A DNA stretch of 64,000 bases from an uncultured Bacteroidia bacterium (GTDB taxonomy: Bacteria; Bacteroidota; Bacteroidia; Bacteroidales; UBA932), in NCBI GenBank assembly GCA_902778105.1, contig CACYWN010000003.1:23220-87219 (forward strand), in the 5' to 3' direction. Positions 57,162-64,000 of this stretch are shown here, one piece after another. The position numbers and the translations under genes are program-made. Below the pieces are notes generated by a model that was given only the letters and a program-made list of their open reading frames with translations, did no database searches and was not told the DNA's origin. Numbering within the stretch: position 1 is the stretch's first letter; the number at the start of each line of letters is the position of its first letter.

Positions 57162-59129
57162 ATGAAAAAGTTACTAGCCCGATACCTGTTATTCCTTTTT
57201 GCAGCCGGGATGCTGATTACCTGCGAAAAACCACCGAAGATCGTTCCGGATGAGGCAAAGGATCCCGATCCTCAGGAGGTGGAAACCGACAAGCTGGCGG
57301 ACATTACCTATCAGGTCAATGTGTACAGTTTTGCTGACAGTGACGGTGACGGATGGGGGGACTTGCGGGGTATTATCGATCATCTGGACTATCTGGACGG
57401 TCTGGGTGTATCTGCCCTGTGGCTTTCCCCGGTCCAGACATCGGCATCCTATCACGGATATGATGTGCTGGATTACAGTTCGATCAATCCCAAACTGGGG
57501 ACTGAGGCCGATTTCCAGGAACTGATCCGGAAATCCGGGGAGAAGGGGATAGACATCTATATGGACTACGTGTTGAACCATTCCGGCAAAGGAGAATGGT
57601 TCCAAAGCGCCATTTCCGATGAAAACAGTCCGTACCGGAGTTTCTATGTCCTTTCTTCCAATCCCGAGGAGGATGTCAATGCTGGGAAGATAGACAATTA
57701 TGGAGGAGGGAAAACTCCGGGAATGGGCGAATGGCATATGGCTTCCAGCGGCAATCTGGGATATAAAGGCCGTGTCCATATCAAAGTTGATATGGGAGCC
57801 AGGACCGTAACTGTCACCGAGACGACAGAGGATGCCCAGGCACCCAACAAATCCAATCCGAAGTGCTGGTTGTGGTATGGCAGCATCACGGAGCACTGTG
57901 GAATGTATGAAACGGGCTCCAACATTCATGAAATCACGTTGGACATGGACACGGAATGGGGTTTTCTCATCTGTACGAAAACCGACTGGTCTTCAGGGTC
58001 CAAATGGGGCGGTAATGGCGGAAGCGTGACTTTCGGAGAGCCTTTCCCTATCAACAACACGTCTCCGAACGACATCACTTTCGGCGGCACCAGCATACAG
58101 TATTTCGCCAGCTTCGACAAGTCGATGCCCGACTTGAATTATGGACCCTATGCAAGCGCGTCCCAGTCTCCCGCTTTCAAGGCGCTGGCCGAGTCTGCCG
58201 ACAAGTGGATTAATATGGGCGTAAACGGTCTCCGGCTGGATGCTGTTCTGTGGATATACCAGAATCGCACGACGGCGAATACCACCTTCCTCAAGCAGTG
58301 GTATGACCGCTGCAACCAGACTTACAAAGCCCGGGGTGGCCAGGGGGACATCTACATGGTGGGTGAAGCCTGGGCGGACGACGCCCAGAAGATGGCCCCC
58401 TATTACAAGGGACTTCCGTCCAATTTCAACTTCTATTTCTGGTGGACGCTGAGGGATCGGATCCAAAAGGGGAAAGGAGATGACTTCGCCGCAACGGTCA
58501 ACTATTTCCGTGACTTGTTCAGGAAGCAACGGACAGATTTCATCGATGCGATCAAACTCTCCAACCACGACGAAGACCGTGCAGGCAGCGACTTGGGGAA
58601 GAGCGCAGACAAGGAGAAACTGGCAGCGGCCGTGCTGCTAACTTCACCGGGTAAGCCTTTCATTTACCAAGGAGAGGAATTGGGGTATTGGGGTACCAAG
58701 TCAGGAGGAGACGAATATATCCGTACTCCCATCAAATGGACCCGGTCCGGGACGGTTCCGAAGGCTGCTTTGAACAACAAGGTGGACGACAACATGCTGA
58801 CGGACGACATTTCCGTTGAATCACAACTGGCATCCAAGGCCTCCGTCCTTCAGGTATACCGCAGTTTTGCCAAGGCCCGCAACACATCGGAGGCCCTTGC
58901 TTCCGGCGACCTGCAGGAAGTGAAGTCCGATGTTGCCTCCGTCGCCTTATGGACCCGTACCTCCGGAACGAATACCGTTTTGGTCGCCCATAATTTCGGT
59001 TCGTCACCCGCTCCGGTCTCCGTTTCCGGTTATAAGCTGGACGAATTGCTGGTATCCAACGGTTCTGTCACGGTCTCAGGTACTTCCTTTACCCTGGGCG
59101 CGTATTCTTCTGCCGTGTTCAAGCAGTAA
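57162..59129 (+). CDS. susG: GH13 alpha-amylase lipoprotein, SusG-like, with CBM58-like insertion
   Basis: Lipobox LITC. SFADSDGDG.GD, SYHGYDV, VLNH, catalytic LRLDA/VGEAW/NHDED. Insert of about 110 aa resembling SusG CBM58. Confidence 0.85.
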   Translation: MKKLLARYLLFLFAAGMLITCEKPPKIVPDEAKDPDPQEVETDKLADITYQVNVYSFADSDGDGWGDLRGIIDHLDYLDGLGVSALWLSPVQTSASYHGYDVLDYSSINPKLGTEADFQELIRKSGEKGIDIYMDYVLNHSGKGEWFQSAISDENSPYRSFYVLSSNPEEDVNAGKIDNYGGGKTPGMGEWHMASSGNLGYKGRVHIKVDMGARTVTVTETTEDAQAPNKSNPKCWLWYGSITEHCGMYETGSNIHEITLDMDTEWGFLICTKTDWSSGSKWGGNGGSVTFGEPFPINNTSPNDITFGGTSIQYFASFDKSMPDLNYGPYASASQSPAFKALAESADKWINMGVNGLRLDAVLWIYQNRTTANTTFLKQWYDRCNQTYKARGGQGDIYMVGEAWADDAQKMAPYYKGLPSNFNFYFWWTLRDRIQKGKGDDFAATVNYFRDLFRKQRTDFIDAIKLSNHDEDRAGSDLGKSADKEKLAAAVLLTSPGKPFIYQGEELGYWGTKSGGDEYIRTPIKWTRSGTVPKAALNNKVDDNMLTDDISVESQLASKASVLQVYRSFAKARNTSEALASGDLQEVKSDVASVALWTRTSGTNTVLVAHNFGSSPAPVSVSGYKLDELLVSNGSVTVSGTSFTLGAYSSAVFKQ

Positions 59130-59145
59130 GTTATTCTGAATAGAC

Positions 59146-59580
59146 TTACCGCGTCATCCTTCCGACGAATTCCTCCGGAGTCATCATCAGGATGTCTCCG
59201 GGGGTTTTCCTTTGGATGAATTTCCGGTCGCCAGTGATAATGATGTTGCAGGCCACGGCGTCAGCATGGGCGTACTGGGCACTATCTTCGATGTCCGGGA
59301 CAGGGGACAACAGGGCGTCCCGGATTTCGAAGATGTCTATATAACTGATGTTGATAAAATTGAGCATATTCAAGAGGGCATTCTTGAAACCATCAGAATC
59401 AACACCGGACCTGTGCCTGGTCGCCACATAGGCTGCATCCAGAATGCTTTGTGTCGTGATGACTGCTTCGAATTGGTGGGCTCTGGCAGCGGAAAAGATG
59501 CGCAAGGCACAATCATGATGGATTCTTTCCTCCATGAAAAAATCCACCAGGACGTTGGTGTCTATAAATACTTTAATCAT
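59146..59580 (-). CDS. PIN-domain (VapC-like) toxin
   Basis: Motifs VFIDTNVLVD, DIEDSAQ and IIITGDRKF. Confidence 0.85.
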   Translation of the reverse strand: MIKVFIDTNVLVDFFMEERIHHDCALRIFSAARAHQFEAVITTQSILDAAYVATRHRSGVDSDGFKNALLNMLNFINISYIDIFEIRDALLSPVPDIEDSAQYAHADAVACNIIITGDRKFIQRKTPGDILMMTPEEFVGRMTR

Positions 59581-59857
59581 CTTCACAGCCAAGGATATGA
59601 GCCAGTCTTGGGTCATTTTTGATCTCTTCCTCGGAAGGCATGGGAATGCTTGCTGCTTTTGCCAGCCGTAACAATTCCTCATCGACCTTGAAATCGGGCG
59701 GGAGTTTCGGGAAAACCAGTTCCGTCGCTTTTTCCAAAGTGCGTTCAACGAACCGGTTTACGGAGATGTTCTCCTTCCTGGCCTCGCGCTTGATGCGGGC
59801 CAGGAGTTCCGGAGAAAGCCGGAATGCGGTCTGTACGCGGGTGGTTGATGTTTCCAT
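59573..59857 (-). CDS. Ribbon-helix-helix antitoxin
   Basis: TAFRLSPELLARIKREARKENISVNRFVE..L. Overlaps the PIN gene start. TGTTATCAT repeats at 59889-59917 lie next to the promoter box (59874-59881, minus), consistent with an operator. Confidence 0.8.
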   Translation of the reverse strand: METSTTRVQTAFRLSPELLARIKREARKENISVNRFVERTLEKATELVFPKLPPDFKVDEELLRLAKAASIPMPSEEEIKNDPRLAHILGCEDD

Positions 59858-59947
59858 AACGGTCTCTTTTTTGCAAAGATAGGAAAATTGTTATCATTTT
59901 CCGAATGATGTTATCATCCCTATTGTCTATAACCAGCCGAACTCGAG

Positions 59948-60060
59948 GTGTCAAAATCGGCCACCAGTGCGCTCAAACGTCAAGTATACCCCTTCGCTGA
60001 GTGGGGTATATGACGATTTGTGTCATAAAACGGCGAAAGCGAGACACCATGTTTGGAATC
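59948..60060 (+). repeat. Left copy of ~113-bp structured inverted repeat
   Basis: Aligns without gaps to the reverse complement of 61498-61611 (about 76/98 identical by hand count over the core). Confidence 0.85.
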
Positions 60061-60203
60061 TAAATTTTCACGGGAATTCAATGTTTTTATTGAAAAATAC
60101 GAGGTAAAAATGGCCTTCAGGATGGATAGAAGCCCATTTTTCTCTTTGTCCGTTTACTTTTTGCGTGGACGGATAGGTCGGTGTATCTTGCGAAAAAATA
60201 GAA

Positions 60204-61055
60204 ATGGAAGAACTAATTGATGATATCTGGCATGTCTATTCAGATGGAACACGGGCGGACATCCCCTTCAATACAGTGGAAGACAAGGTGTTTGGCTGGA
60301 ACAGCATGGCCATTTGTGCGGAAATCGCCGGGGTTCGCGTATGGGTGGTAACGGTCAATGATACCCATTTCCACACACTCGCCAAGGGTACTGCTCCGCG
60401 GGCGGAACGGTACCGATGTCTGCTTCAGCAGCGCTTGCAACGCCATTTCCCCAATGAGACCATCCATGTTGCCTGCAAACCGGTCGTACTCCGCGAAAAA
60501 GTGTTGTCGCGCTTCATGTATGCATACCGGAATTGCATGGATTTTTACAGAAAACTCCCCGGAGAGTATCCCTGGGGTTGCGGTCACCTTTATTTCTCCG
60601 AGCATCGGCATTTTTATAAGGGACGCAAAGTCTGCAATATGTCTGGACGGGAGCAGTATCGGTTGTTCAGGACGAAACATCCGATTCCGCAAGACTGGCA
60701 GATCAATGAAAACGGACGAATCCTCCCGGAATGCTTTGTGGATTATGAAGCGGTAGAGCGTTTCTTCAGGAGTCCCCGTGCTTTCATTGCCTTCCTTTAT
60801 GTCCGAAAGGAAGATGAAACTGCAGCAAAGCAGGAAATCTACAGCGACTATCTGGAGTCCAGAACCCTCCAGGAACTCCGTAAGACTGCGAACAGGTATA
60901 GTATCAACTATTGCGGCAAGACATTGGGCAAAGCACCGTTTGAAGTACGTCTGAAAGTGGCCGGCCGCCTAATCCGTGAGGGTTTGTGCGGAAAGAACGC
61001 CAGTCTGGCCAAGGCGACATTCCTCCAATTGGACGACTTGCGTCTCCTAATCTGA
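60204..61055 (+). CDS. RAYT/Y1-transposase-like HUH endonuclease with C-terminal extension
   Basis: WHVYSDG...F...ED, NDTHFHTL (HUH), YAYRN (candidate catalytic Tyr) and YPWG. Visibly lower GC than flanking housekeeping genes. Confidence 0.72.
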   Translation: MEELIDDIWHVYSDGTRADIPFNTVEDKVFGWNSMAICAEIAGVRVWVVTVNDTHFHTLAKGTAPRAERYRCLLQQRLQRHFPNETIHVACKPVVLREKVLSRFMYAYRNCMDFYRKLPGEYPWGCGHLYFSEHRHFYKGRKVCNMSGREQYRLFRTKHPIPQDWQINENGRILPECFVDYEAVERFFRSPRAFIAFLYVRKEDETAAKQEIYSDYLESRTLQELRKTANRYSINYCGKTLGKAPFEVRLKVAGRLIREGLCGKNASLAKATFLQLDDLRLLI

Positions 61056-61065
61056 TAACGATAGG

Positions 61066-61470
61066 TCAGTTGAAAAAGAAATACAGCGCCGCCCATTCCA
61101 TCGGGACACCTTTGGTATGGCCGATAGTCCTGTAGTTTGCGTCCTGGACCGTGCCGTCGGACTTGACGTGACCGATGGTCTTGTAATTCGAATTCTGGAC
61201 AGTTCCGTCATTCTTGATATAGCCTACGTTCCTGTAATTGGAATCCTGAACGGTACCGTCCGGCTTCAGGTGGCCGATGGTCTTGTAATTGGAATTTTGG
61301 ATCGTGCCGTCCGACTTGATGTAGCCGATGGTCTTGTAGTTCGCGTTCTGGATTGTACCGTCCGGCTTGATGTGGGCGACGGTCCTGTAGTTGGAGTCCT
61401 GTACCGTCTGGGCGGAGACGCCGACCGCGGCCAGCATGAATATGAAAACTAAATATAAGACTTTTCGCAT
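61066..61470 (-). CDS. Secreted 17-aa tandem-repeat protein (beta-flower-like)
   Basis: Signal peptide (VSA|Q), six repeats of GT(I/V)Q(N/D)xNY(K/R)TIG(H/Y)IKxD, and a hydrophobic tail WAALYFFFN. Confidence 0.8.
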   Translation of the reverse strand: MRKVLYLVFIFMLAAVGVSAQTVQDSNYRTVAHIKPDGTIQNANYKTIGYIKSDGTIQNSNYKTIGHLKPDGTVQDSNYRNVGYIKNDGTVQNSNYKTIGHVKSDGTVQDANYRTIGHTKGVPMEWAALYFFFN

Positions 61471-61497
61471 ATCCTTTTTCCTTGCAAAAAACAGTCC

Positions 61498-61611
61498 GAT
61501 TCCCGAACGTAGTGTCACGCTTTCGCTATTATATGACATGAAACGAGACATTCCCCACATCGCGATGGGGGAAATGTAACGTTTAAGCGCACTGGTGGCC
61601 GATTTTGATAC
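61498..61611 (-). repeat. Right copy of ~113-bp structured inverted repeat
   Basis: Contains AGCGCACTGGTGGCCGATTTTGA, the exact reverse complement of 59951-59973. Confidence 0.85.
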
Positions 61612-61714
61612 ATCGGCTTTGGGAGAAAAGGGACAGGGTCCGGACTCCAAAAAAAGTCAACGGTCCGGGAAAGGGACAGGGTCAGTCTGTAGCGTCAGCC
61701 CGTCATTCCCGGCC

Positions 61715-62581
61715 CTACCTCGACCCGAAATACAGGAAGACCATGCTGAGCAGCAGGAGGCCGAGGTCCAGGGCCTTGGACCGGAGGTTTTTCTCGTGGA
61801 GGAGAAGGGCGCCGATGGCGAAACTGACGAGGACGCTGCCGCGACGGATCATGGACACGACGGCGATGAGGGCGTCGGGCTGGGAAAGGGCCTGCATGTA
61901 GACGTAGTCGGCCCCGCAAAGGAAAATGCTGATGAGCGGGATGGTCCGGTTCCAGCGGAAAGGCGTCGTCTTTTTCCGGGCGGGATACCAGAGAAAGGCC
62001 GTCACGACGGCCATCATCCCGGCCTGGTACAGGGTGTACCAGCTGAGAACCTGCATCCGGTCCAGACCCAGGTATTGGGGAGACATCAGGTATTTGTCAT
62101 ACAGGCCGCTGGCGGCGCCGAGGATGACTGCGAGGATCAGGCACGCGATCCATTTGTCGCCGATTCCGATTCCCTCTTTCTTCCCGGAGATGCGCAGGAG
62201 GAGATAGGCGGTGATGGCCAGGCCGACGCCGATCCACTGCAGCAGGTTGAGCCGTTCCCCGAACAGGAAGATGGCCCCGAGGAGCACCAGCACCGGACGG
62301 GTGGCGTTGACCGGCCCCACGATGGTCAGGGGCAGATGTTTCATGGCGTAATAACCGGCTATCCAGGAAGAGAGGACCAGGGCACTCTTGAGGAGGATGT
62401 ACTTCTGTACCTCCCAGCCGCCGAATCCGGTGGTGAAAAGCCCGGGCGAGAAGATCAGGGCGGAGAAGACGGTATTCAGAAACAGGACCGGAATGACGGC
62501 ATTGTCCTTCAGGGAAATCTTCTTGGAGGAATCATAGCAACCCAGCAGGGCTGCGGAAACGAAAGCGAGGAGCCACCACAT
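61715..62581 (-). CDS. EamA/DMT family transporter
   Basis: About 10 TMs. Motifs SA.LLG.YD..KK, KHLPLTIV.P and IRR.SV.VSF..G.....EKN. Confidence 0.88.
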   Translation of the reverse strand: MWWLLAFVSAALLGCYDSSKKISLKDNAVIPVLFLNTVFSALIFSPGLFTTGFGGWEVQKYILLKSALVLSSWIAGYYAMKHLPLTIVGPVNATRPVLVLLGAIFLFGERLNLLQWIGVGLAITAYLLLRISGKKEGIGIGDKWIACLILAVILGAASGLYDKYLMSPQYLGLDRMQVLSWYTLYQAGMMAVVTAFLWYPARKKTTPFRWNRTIPLISIFLCGADYVYMQALSQPDALIAVVSMIRRGSVLVSFAIGALLLHEKNLRSKALDLGLLLLSMVFLYFGSR

Positions 62582-62648
62582 AATCGGGCGCAAAGATACG
62601 AAATTAAGGGGAGAATCCTTATCTTTGGGTGACCAATCACGATTCGTC

Positions 62649-64000
62649 ATGAAAAAGATCCTGTTTTTGATCCCGGCACTCTGGCTGCTTGTTGCGTGCT
62701 CGGAGCCGAAGGTGGTCTGCGAGACCGTGGAAACGGACCGGATTACCTGTGAAGTAACCGTTTATGCCCCGGACGTGGTCCGGGTGGTGAAGTATCCCTC
62801 AGGTGGCGTCGGTGCTTCCGGCAAGGAAAGCTATTCCGTCGTGCTGGAGCCGCAGGCTACCCGCGTGCAACGGTCGGAAACGGCCGGTTCGGTGACCCTG
62901 GAGACGGAGAAAATGGCCGTTTCCATCGACAAGGTGACGGGCGATGTGACCTTCCGTGACGCCGTTACGGGCGGGGTGCTGCTCCAGGAGGCGGGAACCA
63001 CCTTCGAGCCGCGGCCGGCCGGCGATCCGGATGCGGGCCGCTACCGGGTGGCCCAGGCCTGGAAACCGGAAGCGGATGAATACCTGTACGGTCTGGGCCA
63101 GCGGCAGGATCCGGACCTGAGCCTCCGCGGCAAGACGGTCCACCTGTGGAACCAGAACATGTTCATCTACATCCCCTTCTTCTGCTCGGAAAAGGGGTAT
63201 GGCGTGTACTGGGACAATCCCGGAATGAGCGATTTCGTGGATAAGCCCGGTGAGGAGACGGTTTTCAGCAGCGAGGTGGCGGACTGCACGGACCTGTATT
63301 TCCTGTATGACGGCGGCTGCATGGACGGCCTGATGGCGGCCGAACGGAAGCTCGGCGGCAAGGCGACGATGTTCCCGCTCTGGGTCCATGGTTACTGGCA
63401 GTGCCGGGAACGGTATCACAGCACGGAAGAGCTGTGCGAAGCGCTCCGCACGCACCGGGAGATGGGCATCCCGCTGGACTGCATCGTCCAGGACTGGCAG
63501 TACTGGGGTCCGAACGAGAACTGGAACTCGATGCGGTTCGACAATCCGCTGTACGAGCGGGCCGACACGATGATCGCAAACGTGCACGCCAGCAACGCGC
63601 ACCTGGCCATCTCCATCTGGCCGGATTTCGGTCCGGATACCCCGCAGTACAAGGAACTGGAAGCCATCGGCGCCCTCCTGCCGTTCAAGACCTGGCCGCT
63701 TACGGGCGGTGTAAAGGTATATGATCCTTTCAACGAGCAGGCCCGCGAGATCTATTGGAAATACCTGCAGGGCCTGGTGGAGCAGGGGGTCGATGCGCTG
63801 TGGAGCGATTCCACCGAGCCCGACCATTTCGACGAGACGGAGGCGGACGGGGATTACCGGACGGCCGACGGGACCTGGCGGAGCGTCAAGAACGCCTTCC
63901 CGCTCATCACGAACGAAGGGATCTACAAGAACTACCGGGCGCAGGGGTATGCGAAGCGCGCCGTACAGATGACCCGCAGCGCCGCCTTCGGCATCCAGCG
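62649..64000 (+). CDS. GH31 glycoside hydrolase lipoprotein, runs off the window end
   Basis: Absent from the ORF track because there is no stop. MKKILFLIPALWLLVAC lipobox, YLYGLGQ, GYWQCRERY, IVQDWQYWG, WSDSTEP and MTRSA. Confidence 0.88.
   Translation, partial: MKKILFLIPALWLLVACSEPKVVCETVETDRITCEVTVYAPDVVRVVKYPSGGVGASGKESYSVVLEPQATRVQRSETAGSVTLETEKMAVSIDKVTGDVTFRDAVTGGVLLQEAGTTFEPRPAGDPDAGRYRVAQAWKPEADEYLYGLGQRQDPDLSLRGKTVHLWNQNMFIYIPFFCSEKGYGVYWDNPGMSDFVDKPGEETVFSSEVADCTDLYFLYDGGCMDGLMAAERKLGGKATMFPLWVHGYWQCRERYHSTEELCEALRTHREMGIPLDCIVQDWQYWGPNENWNSMRFDNPLYERADTMIANVHASNAHLAISIWPDFGPDTPQYKELEAIGALLPFKTWPLTGGVKVYDPFNEQAREIYWKYLQGLVEQGVDALWSDSTEPDHFDETEADGDYRTADGTWRSVKNAFPLITNEGIYKNYRAQGYAKRAVQMTRSAAFGIQ

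Noticed and set aside
59948-61611. Classical DDE insertion sequence or IS200/IS605-TnpB element
   Set aside because: There is no DDE triad, no TnpB/IscB, and no evident target-site duplication. It is reported instead as a RAYT-like HUH unit.

Overview
High-GC Bacteroidota DNA, most likely an anaerobic Bacteroidales gut or rumen lineage. This is inferred from the SusC/SusD genes, the extended S16, and TAnnTTTG promoter boxes. The window is mostly housekeeping and carbohydrate genes: nagB pair, rpsP-rimM, lepA-menA, split transketolase, metY, GH31s, and a starch/maltose PUL (MFS-susC-susD-susE/F-like-susG) divergent from a LytS/LytTR two-component pair. No rRNA, tRNA or CRISPR array was recognised. 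The most notable signal is a ~1.66 kb unit at 59948-61611: a RAYT/Y1-like HUH nuclease gene and a convergent secreted 17-aa-repeat gene, bracketed by ~113-bp inverted repeats whose internal hairpins keep their fold despite sequence divergence. Other unexplained structure: three intergenic doublets with an exact 83-bp register around an IHF-like core, 50-bp and 22-bp register arrays, a REP-like palindrome inserted in frame in a UvrA-like gene, a 27-bp-IR miniature element, two head-to-head or tail-to-tail gene-fragment junctions, a DUF4988-DUF4988-DUF3575-OmpA/TPR surface operon, and two unusual fusions (PAP2-VanX, EamA-NUDIX). All family assignments are from motif recognition, not database searches.
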